Assembly (NCBI GenBank): GCA_038087875.1
Contig: CM075978.1
Location: forward strand, 100,688,001-100,752,000
Direction of reading: 5' to 3'
DNA length: 64,000 nt
Origin: Malacoraja senta
Lineage: Eukaryota
Positions 51,596 through 63,194 of this stretch are shown one piece after another; the stretch's first letter is position 1; every line of letters begins with the position of its first letter. Below the pieces are notes generated by a model. It was not told the origin of the DNA, searched no databases, and worked only from the letters and a program-made list of their open reading frames with translations. The position numbers and the translations under genes were made by a program.

Positions 51596-51890
51596 AGGCA
51601 CGGGTGCAAAGGTGGGGTTGCTGCCTTACAGCGCCAGAGACACGGGTTCGATTCTGACTATGGGTGCTATATGTTCCGAGTTTGTCTGTTCTCCCCGTGA
51701 CCTGCATGGGTTTGCACCGGGTGCTCGTTTCCTCATACATTCCAAAGAAGTACAGGTTTGCAGGCTAATTGTAGGTAAAATGGTAAATTGTCCTAGTGTG
51801 TAGGATAGTGTTATTGTGCGGGAATCGCTGGTCGGCACAGACTCGGTGGGCCGCAGGGCCTGTTTCCACACTGGATCATAAACTAAATTA
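51596..51890 (+). mobile_element. HE1-like SINE
   Basis: Similar to 20603-20915. Confidence 0.85.
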
Positions 51891-52238
51891 AATTAAAACT
51901 TCAGTTATGTAGAGGGACTGGAGAGGCTGGGTCCCAATGCCAGCACATCCTTCCTCAGATATAGGGCCCAAACGGCTCATAATACGCCAAACACGGTCTG
52001 AGCAGTGCCTTAAAAGGCCTCAGCATTACAACCTATTTTGTATTGTAGCCCTCAAAATAAATGTTAGCTTTGCATTCACCTTCCTTACTACTGATTCGAC
52101 TTGCAAATTAATCTTTTGTGAATCCTGCACCAGCACTCCCAAGTCCCTTTGCACCTCTGATTTCTGAATTCTCTCCCCATTTAGAAAATAAGACTATTTT
52201 ATATGATTATTGAACAGCCCGCCACATTGCAGACCTTG

Positions 52239-52529
52239 CTTTAGACTTTAGAGATATAGTGTGGGAATAGGCCCTTCAGCCCACTGAACCCAGTGATCAC
52301 TAACATTATCCTACTCACTGGGGCCAATTTACAATTTTTACCAAAGCCAATTAATCTGCAAACCTGTACATTTTTGGAGTGTGGGAGGAAATTGGAGCAC
52401 CCGGAGAAAACCCACGCAGGTCACGGGGAGAATGTACAAACTTCGTATAGACAACAGCCGTAGTCAGGATTGAATCTGTGTCTCTAACACTGTAAGGCAG
52501 CAACTCTACCGCTGTGCCATTGTGGCGCC
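52239..52529 (-). mobile_element. HE1-like SINE
   Basis: Reverse complement of the same SINE family. Confidence 0.85.
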
Positions 52530-52799
52530 ACTTTTTTTTTTTCTGGCCGTAAAGCTAAAATGCTATAACACCACATTTGTTTCTCTTGTATTTTTATCTT
52601 TGCACCACCTGTTGTACTTGTATCTGCTTTGATTGTATAGTATGATTTGACTGGATAACATGCAAATAAATCTTTTCACTCTACCTCGGTACACATAAGA
52701 ACAATAAACCAATACCAATGCAGTCCCGTTGTTGTTCTTCAGAGACATTCAACAAATATAAATTGTTCACTGACAGTGTGTTCTATATCATTTCCCTAG

Positions 52800-52843
52800 G
52801 AACTCTACTGAAGACCTGAACGCAGTTTATTCAACAGTTACAG
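52800..52843 (+). CDS. Cytoplasmic mini-exon 1: (G)NSTEDLNAVYSTVT
   Basis: Acceptor tttccctAG, phase 2 matching the TM exon, donor GTGAAA (phase 1). ITIM-like YSTV. Confidence 0.8.
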
Positions 52844-54480
52844 GTGAAAAGTTAATTTCAGTACTCATATTGGGGATTTCTTCAAATGTTGGCTATGTTC
52901 AGTAATGATTCCAAATGTAAGAACATAAGAAACAGCCAAGGGAGTAGCCCATTGTTGCACCATTCTCAACGTAAACTATTCAACCTCTATGGCTTTTTAA
53001 TTCCTTTAAACATACTCAACAAATTAGCTTCACAGTTCTCTGACAGATAAATATAAAGATTCAAAGCACTCATCAAAGAAAATTCTTCACAACTTAGTCT
53101 TCTTGCACTAACACCATATCTGAATGAATCTGTGGAATCCGTTGCCATGGATGGCAGTGGAGGCCATGTCATTGGGTATTTTTAAATCGGGGATTGATAG
53201 GTTGTTGGTTAGTGAGGGTGCCAAAGGTTACAGGGAGAGGATGGGATAATGGGGTTGAGAGGGAAATATCGATCAGCCATGATCGAATGGTGGAACTTGA
53301 TGAGCCAAATGGCCTAAATCTGCTCCTATCTCTTAGATCAATAGGGACAATTGGAATACATATCTCCTCTCTATTAGATCTTGTATCTGAACAATCTTAT
53401 TCAAGCACTCAAGGTCTCCATCTAGGCAACTAAAATAGAGTTCTGGTCGATGTTTTGGGTCGTGATTATAGAGAGCAGATAGCCAATAGAAAGAGGTGAA
53501 GGGGAGGTGTGAGGCAGGGCAGGCAGTAATAGATAGAAACAGATGAAGAGAGGAAAGAGGGGCAGATGAGCCAAGTGAGGGGGCAGATGGTGGGAATAGA
53601 GGCTGAAAGCTAATGTGGAAACAAGAGATGCTGGAATCCTACAGACGTTGGAATCTGGTAGGTCAGAAGGTGATATGCGGAAACAATAGTTCAATAGTGC
53701 TTTTAATGTCACATTTGCAAAGTGCTAACACAATGAAATTATTTTTCATACAAACAGTCCTGTAGAATATTGCCGATCCCTAATTAGCAAATGTACAGAA
53801 ATAGTCTACTGGGCCCGCGTGCAAGAGGCGCCATCTAGTGGTGCTATTTTAAAAGTCCTCGCTCTAGTTCTTATGAGCAGTGCCTGTTCCAGGCAAGTCC
53901 CAGGCTGTTGCAGATCTCTAGCCATTACCTTCCTTCGACGCCACGCTACCTTATCAGATTCCAGCATCTGCAGTTTCTTGTGTCCCAAAAATAGAGAGCT
54001 GCCTGCCACCAAGTACTGCTGCCTCTGCCCTTCTCCACTAAATGGACACACCATCAGTCTTAAACGAATTATTGGATATATATCAATTCCTGCAACCTCC
54101 CGAAAGATGCCTGCTGTAAGTGACAAATTAATGGCAGAATTTTAGAATGACCAACATTAACACATACTTTCAAATTTTAATCCATTTGATAGTGGCTGAA
54201 TTTAAACCTATGATAGTGAACTAAAGGGCATATGTCCATGAATTAATTAAATTATAATCCTTTACATTCAATTGAGAGGTTTACGGATCCACCAACTAAA
54301 ATGCAGCTTCTACAATACTGCACTGAAGCATACGCCTACGCAGTTTGTCTTAACTCCCTAAAAAGGGACTGATCCACAGCCTGCAGACTCCAGAAGTAAG
54401 CCAGAAGTCTAGCCTTTAAGACATATGTGAGTCTTGTCATGCCCCTGTCAAGAGTGAGAAACTCTACATACATATCACAG

Positions 54481-55275
54481 CACAATGGCGCAGTGGTAGA
54501 GTTGCTGTCTTACAGCACCAGCGACCTGGGTTCAATCCTGACTACCGGTGCTGTCTGTACGGAGATTACACATTCTCCCTGTGACCATGTGGGTTTTCCC
54601 CAATTGCTCTGGTTTCCTCCCACATTTCAAAGACGTACAGGTTTGTCCCTAGTGTGTAGATACATAGATACATAGAAAATAGGTGCAGGAGTAGGCCATT
54701 CGGCCCTTCGAGCCTGCACCGCCATTCAATATGATCATGGCTGATCATCCAACTCAGTATCCCGTACCTGCCTTCTCTCCATACCCCCTGATCCCTTTAG
54801 CCACAAGGGCCACATCTATCTCCCTCTTAAATATAGCCAATGAACTAGCCTCAACTACCCTCTGTGGCAGAGAGTTCCAGAGATTCACCACTCTCTGTGT
54901 GAAAAAGTTTTTCCTCATCTCGGTCTTAAAGGATTTCCCCCTTATCCTTAAGCTGTGACCCCTTGTCCTGGACTTCCCCAACATCGGGAACAATCTTCCT
55001 GCATCTAGCCTGTCCAACCCCATAAGAATTTTGTACGTTTCTATAAGATCCCCTCTCAATCTCCTAAATTCTAGCGAGTATAAGCCAAGTTTATCCAGTC
55101 TTTCTTCATATGAAAGTCCTGACATCCCAGGAATCAGTCTGGTGAACCTTCTTTGCACTCCCTCTATGGCTATAATGTCCTTCCTCAGATTTGGATAGTG
55201 TTAGTGTACGGGGATTGCTGGCCAGCGTATACTTGGTGGCTGAAGGGCCTGTTTCCATGCTGTACGTCTAAACTA
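54481..55275 (+). mobile_element. HE1-like SINE split by an antisense CR1 3' fragment (~54657-55194)
   Basis: SINE text stops at gtgtaga and resumes at gatagtgttag. The insert encodes the CR1 C-terminus (ORF 54754-55158). Confidence 0.85.
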
Positions 55276-55414
55276 AACATATGTGTTCTGCAGAATGTAG
55301 CAGCTATCTGAATGCACTGGATAAGGGATGACAATAAGTTTGTATACCGCAATATGATTTCATTTTGATTATCACCCGTATGTGACAACTCAACAGATTC
55401 TTATTTTATTTCAG

Positions 55415-55458
55415 TTGAAACCAAGACCAATACAGAACCAGCCACCAATGTCACTATG
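55415..55458 (+). CDS. Cytoplasmic mini-exon 2: (V)ETKTNTEPATNVTM
   Basis: Acceptor ttattttatttcAG (phase 1) and donor GTAAGT (phase 0). Confidence 0.75.
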
Positions 55459-55700
55459 GTAAGTACCAGACATAAATACAAACTGCTGGAGCAACTCGGT
55501 GGGTCAGGCAGCATCTGCGGAAAGAAATGGACAGGCGACATTTTGGCCCATGCCTTTAATTGAATGCCATTACTTCCTTTTTAGACCTATACAAGCCATC
55601 TCAGGTTTACAAATGTCCACCTTAAACCCTTACATATGAACAAGCTTCCATAAATATAATTATATTTAAAGTCTTACGTACATACATCACATTCATTCCT

Positions 55701-55911
55701 GTGACTAGTGGTGTGCCACAGGGTTCGATGCTGGGCCCGTTACTGCTTGTCATCTACAGCAATGATTTGGATGAGAACATACAGGGTAAGATTAGCAAGT
55801 TTGCTGATGATACAAAAGTTAGTGGTTTTGCAGATAGTGAGGATGGTTGTGAACGATTGCAGCAGGATCTGGATCGATTGGCCGGGTGGGCGGAGGAATT
55901 GTTGATGGAAT
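55701..55911 (+). mobile_element. CR1 RT fragment abutting an antisense CR1
   Basis: SGVPQGSMLGP...FADDT...MEFN, ending abruptly at 55911. Confidence 0.8.
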
Positions 55912-58900
55912 TTAATAGCCTATCCAAGTCACCTTGCAGCCTCCTAGCATCCTCCTCACAGCTAACACTGCCCCCCAATTCGTGTCATCCGCAAACTTGG
56001 AGATGTTGCATTCAATTCCCTCGTCCAAATCATTAATATATATTGTAAATAGCTGGGGTCCCAGTACTGAGCCTTGCGGTACCCCACTAGTCACTGCCTG
56101 CCATTCTGAAAAGGACCCGTTTACTCCTACTCTTTGCTTCCTGTCTGCCAGCCAGTTCTCTATCCAAATCAAGACTGAACCCCCAATACCGTGTGCTTTA
56201 AGTTTGTGTACTAATCTCTTATGTGAGACCTTGTCAAAAGCCTTCTGAAAGTCCAGATATAACACATCCACTGGTTCTCCCTTATCCACTCTACTAGTTA
56301 CATCCTCGAAAAATTCTATAAGGTTCGTCAGACATGATTTACCTTACATAAATCCATGCTGACTTTGTCCAATGATTTCACCACTTTCCAAATGTGCTGC
56401 TATCCCATCTTTAATAACTGACTCTAGCAGTTTCCCCACTACCGATGTTAGACTAACTGGTCTGTAATTCCCTGATTTCTCTCTCCCTCCCTTTTTAAAA
56501 AGTGGGGTTACATTAGCTACCCTCCAATCCTCAGGAACTACTCCAGAATCTAAAGAGTTATCACTAATGCATCCACTATTTCTGGGGCTACTTCCTTAAG
56601 TACTCTGGGATGCAGCCTATCTGGCCCTGGGGATTTATCGGCCTTTAATCCATTCAATTTACCTAACACCACTTCCCGGCTAACCTGGATTTCACTCAGT
56701 TCCTCCATCTCATTTGATCCCCGGTCCCCTGCTATTTCCGGCAGATTATTTATGTCTTCCTTAGTGAAGACAGAACCAAAGTAGTTATTCAATTGGTCTG
56801 CCATGTCCTTGTTCCCCATGATCAATTCACCTGTTTCTGACTGCAAGGGACCTACATTTGTATTAACTAATCTTTTTCTCTTCACATATCTATAAAAACG
56901 TTTGCAGTCAGTTTTTATGTTCCCTGCCAGTTTTCTTTCATAATCTATTTTCCCTTTCCTAATTAAGCCCTTTGTCCTCCTCTGCTGGACTCTGAATTTC
57001 TCCCAGTCCTCTGGTAGGCTGCTTTTTCTGGCTAATTTGTATGCTTCATCTTTTGTTTTGATACTATCCCTGATTTCCCTTGTTATCCACGGATGCACTA
57101 CCTTCCCTGATTTATTCTTTTGCCAAACTGGGATGAACAATTTTTGTAGTTCATCTATGCAGTCTTTAAATGCCTTCCATTGCATATCCACCGTCAACCC
57201 TTTAAGAATCAATTGCCAGTCTATCTTGGCCAATTCACATCTCATACCCTCAAAGTTACCTTTCTTTAAGTTCAGAACCCTTGTTTCTGAATTAATTATG
57301 TCACTCTCCATCCTAATGAAGAACTCAACCATATTATGGTCACTCTTGCCCAAGGGGCCACGCACAACAAGACTGCTAACTAACCCTTCCTCATTACTCA
57401 ATACCCAGTCTAGAATAGCCTGCGCTCTCGTTGGTTCCTCTACATGTTGGTTTAGAAAACTATCCCGCATACATTACAAGAAATCCTCTTCCTCAGCACC
57501 CCTGCCAATTTGATTCACCCAATCTATATGTAGATTGAAGTCACCCATTATAACTGTTTTACCTTTGTTGCACGCATTTCTAATTTCCTGTTTGATGCCA
57601 TCCCCAACTCCACTACTACTGTTAGGTGGCCTGTACACAACTCACACTAGCGTTTTCTGCCCCTTAGTGTTTCGCAGCTCTACCCATATCGATTCCACAT
57701 CCTCCAAGCTAATATCCTTCCTTTCTATTGCGTTAATCTCCTCTCTAACCAGTAACGCTACCCCACCTCATTTTTCTTTCTGTCTATCCCTCCTGAATAT
57801 TGAATATCTCTGGATGTTCAGCTCCCAGCCTTGGTCACCCTGTAGCCATGTCTCGTTGATCCCAACTATATCATAGTCATTAATAGCTATCTGCACATTC
57901 AACTCATCTACCTTATTACGAATGCTCCTTGCATTGAGACACAAAGCCTTCAGGCTTGTTTTTACAACACTCTTACCCCTTTTACAATTATGTTGAAAAG
58001 TGGCCCTTTTTGATTTTTGCCCTGAATTTGTCTGCCTGCCACTTTTACTTTTCACCTTGCTACCTATTGCTTCTACCCTCATTTTACACCCCTCTCTCTG
58101 ATCACACATTTAAGAAACCGTTTCCCTTTAATTCCATCCTCGACTATCCCATTTGACACCCACCCCACTTATTCAGTTTAAAACCACCCGTGTAGCAGTG
58201 GCAAACCTGCTTGCCAGAATGCTGGTCCCCCACCTGTTAAGATGAAATCCGTCCCTTTTGTAGTTCCCCCTTACTCCAAAACAGATCCCAGTGATCTAAG
58301 AATCTAAATCCCTGCCCCGTGCACCAGTTCCTCAGCCACACATTCAGGTCCCGTATCTCCCTATTCTTGCACTCGCCAGCACGAGGAACTGGAAGCAAAC
58401 CGGAGATAACAACCCTGAAGGTCCTGCTTTTCAGCATTTTTCCGAGCTCTCTAAAGTCACGCTGCAGAATATTCATCCCCTTCTTTCCGACATCGTTTGT
58501 GCCGACATGCACTACCACTTCCGGCTGTTCACCTTCGCCCTTGAGGATTTTCTGCACTCTGTCCGTGACATCCTGGATCCTGGCACCAGGAAGGCAGCAC
58601 ACCATCCTCGAATCCCGTCTGTTGCCGCAGAAATCCCTGCCCGTACCTCTCACAATGGAGTCTCCAACTACAATGGCTTTGCCTGACTTTGGCCTTTTTG
58701 GTTTTGGCTCAACAGCCCTTTTTGCTTCGCAAGCCAGTCCGCCACTCAGTGTAATAACATCTTCTGTCCCGACAGCTTCTAAGTGGGTGAACCTGTTCAC
58801 AAGAGGTACAACACCCGGGGATGTTTGCATTCCATGCTTCCCTCCCTTTCTCACCGTCTCCCACCTTCTCTCTTCCAGTACCTTAGGTGTAACAATCTTA

Positions 58901-59560
58901 CTGTAGGACTTGTCGAGGAACGACTCCGTTTCTCGGACTAACCTGAGGTCATCCACTTGCTTCTCCAGTTCCCCAACACGGTCCTTCAGGAGCTGTACCT
59001 GGATGCACTTCTCAGATTTGCAGCAGCCAGAGGCACAAGCAGTGTCCTTGACCTCCCACATACTGCAAGCATCACACTGAATCAGCTTGCCTGATATCTC
59101 CTTCTTTCGTCTCTCCCTCTGCAGTGTTTTGCGTAGCCTCCTCTCCTCAGCCTCCTCGCCGAAGACTCTCGAGCCAAAGACTCACACTTTTCTCACAGGG
59201 CACTTCCCTCACAAGGCCACTCCCTAAGAGCAGTCTTGCTTATATTGACTGATAAATTGCCTAATTTGCCAATTTACAATCCAAATTCCTCAGTTTTCAA
59301 CTGTTTTCCCCGCTTTGACTCACTTCTCTCCTCCCTCTTGGGCTAGAGCCAATCAGTGTTTTCTCTTGCTAATCTTCTCCTGCTGTTGCTTCCAAATCTA
59401 CAGCAGCTCTGAGTAAAGTCTGCCTGTGCTTTGCCTCTCCTTTTCAACTGTTTTCCCCCCTCTGACTCACTTCTCTCCTCCCTCTTGGGCTAGAGCCAAT
59501 CAGTGTTTTCTCTTGCTAATCTTCTCCTGCTGTTGCTTCCAAATCTACAGCAGCTCTGAT
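55912..59560 (-). mobile_element. CR1 of the same subfamily as 3120-6483, 3'-truncated, with ORF1 and a repeat-containing 5' region
   Basis: ORFs 56550-57470 and 55912-56289 are nearly identical to the first copy. Confidence 0.9.
58237..59061 (-). CDS. CR1 ORF1 (Cys-rich zinc knuckle/zipper + SGNH esterase-like domain)
   Basis: CASGCCKSEKC, IVVGDSIVRG, CLPGA, VHVGTND, FLDHWDLFW. Confidence 0.85.
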   Translation of the reverse strand: MWEVKDTACASGCCKSEKCIQVQLLKDRVGELEKQVDDLRLVRETESFLDKSYSKIVTPKVLEERRWETVRKGGKHGMQTSPGVVPLVNRFTHLEAVGTEDVITLSGGLACEAKRAVEPKPKRPKSGKAIVVGDSIVRGTGRDFCGNRRDSRMVCCLPGARIQDVTDRVQKILKGEGEQPEVVVHVGTNDVGKKGMNILQRDFRELGKMLKSRTFRVVISGLLPVPRAGECKNREIRDLNVWLRNWCTGQGFRFLDHWDLFWSKGELQKGRISS

Positions 59561-60024
59561 CAGCCATGATTGAATGGCGGAGCCTTGATGGGCCAAATGA
59601 CCTAATTCCGCTCCGATCACTTCTGACGTAATGACCTCCAGGATCATAGTGTTCAGCTCATCTTCTCAAGGGCAATGAGGGATGGGCAATGACATGTTAT
59701 CTCAGCCTGCAAAGCCCTCATCTCTTCACTGAGTAAAATAAGAAATAGCTAATCATTTAGGAAGGTTTGATTTAATTAAACCAAGTCAACATAATCTCAT
59801 TTAGTGTGTATTCTTTTGTATTTTTTGAGGATGTTACAAGCAGAGGGAAGGGAGGAGACCCCGTAGATAGAGAGTATTTACATTTCTAAAGGCATTTGAC
59901 ACTAAAGAGGGTGCACATTACGAGCTCATTGTATTACAGGGTGAGTTTTAGGAAGGATTTAAAGCAGGTCCTCAAATAGAAAACAGGAAGTTGGAATAAG
60001 TGGGCTTTATTCAGGTTGGATGTA

Positions 60025-60200
60025 ATTGGGCAGCACAGTGGTACAGCTGGCAGAGATACTCAGTGCCAGAGACCTGGATTTGATCCTGACCTCGGGCACT
60101 GTCTGTGTGGAGTTTGTACGTTCTCCCTGTGACTGTGGGTTTCATCCGGGTGTTCCAATTTCTTCCCACATCCCAAAGACATGCGGGTTTGCAGATTAGG
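60025..60200 (+). mobile_element. HE1-like SINE, 3'-truncated
   Basis: tRNA-like head and core. Confidence 0.75.
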
Positions 60201-60309
60201 CAATGGGGGGGACAGAGATAGACTGGTGGGAGAACTGGGAAGGGGGAGGGGATGGAGAGAGAGGGTAGATGATGAGATGTTTTCACCAAAGGGAAAATCT
60301 CAAACAAGG

Positions 60310-60605
60310 GCCGCCTTGCTTATATAGACTGATAAATTGCCTAATTTACCAATTTACAACCCAAATTTCTCAGTTTCCCCCTCTGACTCACTTCTAACTC
60401 TTCTCCCACTCGGGCTAGAGCCAATCAGTGTTTTCTCCTGCTTCTCTTTGTTGCTGTTGCTTCCAAATCCACAGGAGCTCTGAGCAAAGTCTGCCTGTGC
60501 TTTGTCTCTCCTTTTCAACTGTTTTCCCCCTCTGACTCACTTCTAACTCTCCTCCCACTCGGGCTAGAGCCAAGCAGTGTTTTCTCCTGCTTCTCTTTGT
60601 TGCTG
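60310..60605 (-). repeat. Solo copy of the ~148-bp tandem monomers also at 59255-59560 (CR1 5' region)
   Basis: Shared text ataaattgcctaattt...tgactcacttc...gggctagagccaatcag. Confidence 0.8.
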
Positions 60606-60629
60606 AAAATATATATATATTTTTTGAAT

Positions 60630-61690
60630 GAGTGTCGCAGAGGTCCAGCTCGTGAACCAGCCTAATTAATGAGTGAGGGCAGTTCTTCTGGGTTCCCCCA
60701 TTTACTGAACCCCACCGACTGCCAGTGTGCAGAGTGGAGGTCACGAACATAGTGGGACTGGGGCAGTGCCAGGCTGGGGGAAGGCTAAGGCATCTTGCAC
60801 TGAGAAGAAAATGCCTAACCCTAACCCTAACTCGCCCCCTTTCCAGAGCTGCCCACGGCTGGAGCTGGAGCCGCTTTGGGACCGGCTGCGGGCTCCGTAC
60901 GTGTGGCCGCTCAGCGAGTCCACCTCGGCCAGCATGCCCTTCTGGAGCATCATGGTGATGATGGTGAGGAGCAGCACTGCCTTGCACGCCGCCCGGGCCG
61001 CCTTCAGCACGCCCGTAGCGCCGGCTCCGTCCGTCCGCCCGCTCGCTCGCTGCAATACCGACTGCCCGACCGACCCCTCGCAGCACTCACCGGCCTGCCG
61101 ACTGCCCGACCGACCCCTCGCAGCATCCACTAGCGGGCCGACAGCCCGAGCGATCTTCCACCGCATCCATCGGCCTACCGACAAGCCCGACCGACCGGTT
61201 GACTGACCCTGACCTTGCCCCTCACCCTGACCATGACCCTGACACTAACCCTAACCCTAAACCTAGCTGTACATTTGTTATTTATAATTTTTATTTAACA
61301 GTTTACATCCAAACTTTATATAGATAAATCAATTGAAAAACAGAATTATCAACAAGGTTAGCATTACCTTTATCCTTGGAAACCTTGTTATTGCTATTGA
61401 TGTAATGAGGAGGCAGCCATGATCCCAGAGTCCTCGCTGCCTAGCGACCATAAAACAAAGCGCGGGATTGGTCAATTTGCGTCCGACCTCAATGTCGAAC
61501 GTGCATTGATTGGACAATTACTACTTGGAAAATTGGACATTTTTGTCATATTTAAACAAAATGTGCAGGTTTTGTTCTTGACGAGATTCAGGTATGATTT
61601 ATATAATACTTTTATACAATATGTTAAAAATTAAGGTAGTTCTGTGAGTTGGGTCACGTACCTGAACGAAAAAGCTCCTCGGCCCACAGC
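60630..61690. mobile_element. Unclassified element with CCCTAA runs and a GC-rich coding-like core
   Basis: CCCTAA repeats at ~60814-60830 and ~61240-61262 flank a CpG-rich block. Confidence 0.35.
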
Positions 61691-62678
61691 CTATTGGGTA
61701 TTGTCGCAATGTCTTTATGATTTGTAAATGTACATGGTGCGTCTGTTGATGGAGAGTGGGACATGCACTGCTCATGAACAGGAATGTGAGAACACTACCA
61801 TGTCTAACAATCCACTGAAGCTTCAGCTTCAGCTGTTTAACCTGAGAGGAGTTCAACCTCTGGATCTCTCCTGCTTTTGGCTGCTCAGAACCATCCTCTC
61901 TGGCCAAACATTTGGCCATCAGCTCCATTATTAGCACAACTACTTCAACTGTTCTCTGATAATGTCCACTTCAAGCTCCTTGGAGTGTTTAATCACAGTA
62001 AAGGCAGGTTCTTGTTTAATATAATGTCAGAATCCTTTCAAAAATCTCTCCCGATGACTTTGATGATAATCATTCCTAGTACTTCAGCTCCGCTGAACCT
62101 GCTGACTCCTGTGTGACATGGAGTGTGTGTGGTGTGTGTGTGCTTGTTGTTCCCATTTGCATGGAGTGTGTGTCCCAGATTAGAGATTGCAGTCGTTTCA
62201 GTGTGTGGAGAAGTTATATTTTTCTTATGAGTGTAGTTCCATCATGTCTCATCATCGCACTGAAAATATTCAGTACTTGTTCTCCTGAACAATGAAGGGA
62301 GCTGCCAGGATTCCTGCTACAATCTTTCAGACCCTCTGCTCCGATTTATTTCCTCTCTCCCTTCAGTTGCCCGACCACAGACTGACTGGGAGTTTCAGAG
62401 ATGGGGAAACAAAGTCTGTTCTCAGGCTGCTCAACACCCCTGCCAATGGGGTTTGTGTGAAGTGCCCAGCATTCTGTTCCTTTCATCTTCCTGATCCTCT
62501 GTCAATTATTTGCAGTGACTGCAATATTTTGCTTAACTTTACAATAACCTCCACTTCCTTCTGTGCACTTGACACCTGACTTTGTAGTTTTCAATAACAC
62601 GAGTGGCCATGGTGACTGCAGTGAATTCTGAAGCCAGTTTTTTGATCAAAGTAACTGTTCGATTGTGTTCTGTTGTAG

Positions 62679-62720
62679 AATTCAGGAGATCATCAGGCAG
62701 ATCCAAACGCCATCTACATG
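62679..62720 (+). CDS. Cytoplasmic mini-exon 3: NSGDHQADPNAIYM (first half of the ITAM)
   Basis: Acceptor tgttgtAG and donor GTAAGA, phase 0/0. Confidence 0.82.
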
Positions 62721-62810
62721 GTAAGAAAAGTTACATTTAAGACGTTGAAGCGTTTCGCTGACCACGAGTTGCTAAGCTGCTGTTTCCAACATTTCTTTGT
62801 TTTCTGCTAG

Positions 62811-62867
62811 GATTTGCAAAGACCCACTCAGTCGATCTACGGTCATCTCCGAGGTACGTTCCAGTAA
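62811..62867 (+). CDS. Cytoplasmic exon 4: DLQRPTQSIYGHLR-GTFQ* (second half of the ITAM; a donor at 62854 allows further splicing)
   Basis: Strong acceptor tttctttgttttctgctAG, phase 0. In-frame TAA at 62865-62867 if unspliced. Confidence 0.78.
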   Translation, partial: DLQRPTQSIYGHLRGTFQ

Positions 62868-63132
62868 CTGTTGCCAATGGCGCATCTGCACCATGTGATA
62901 TCTGTCAACTGCTGCAGAAATGATGAGGATTCAGGCAGGAACGACAAGCGTGGAGATGGGCCGACAGGAGTTCAGTCTGACTACAAATTTGGTGCAGAGA
63001 GTAAATTAACACCCATCACTGAGTCGGATTATCTGGCTATGAACACACGTCCTTGAAATCCTGGTAACGCTGAGTATTTAATCCGGGTGAAGGGATCCAG
63101 TTCAAGTTAATTAATTCGTTAGAAATTTAGAA

Positions 63133-63138
63133 AATAAA
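63133..63138 (+). terminator. Candidate polyadenylation signal AATAAA of the receptor gene
   Basis: First AATAAA downstream of both candidate stops (62867 and 63056). Confidence 0.4.
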
Positions 63139-63194
63139 AGTTAGAAATTAATTCATTATCCAATCTTGGTTTCAGATATGGTCTCTGACATTTC

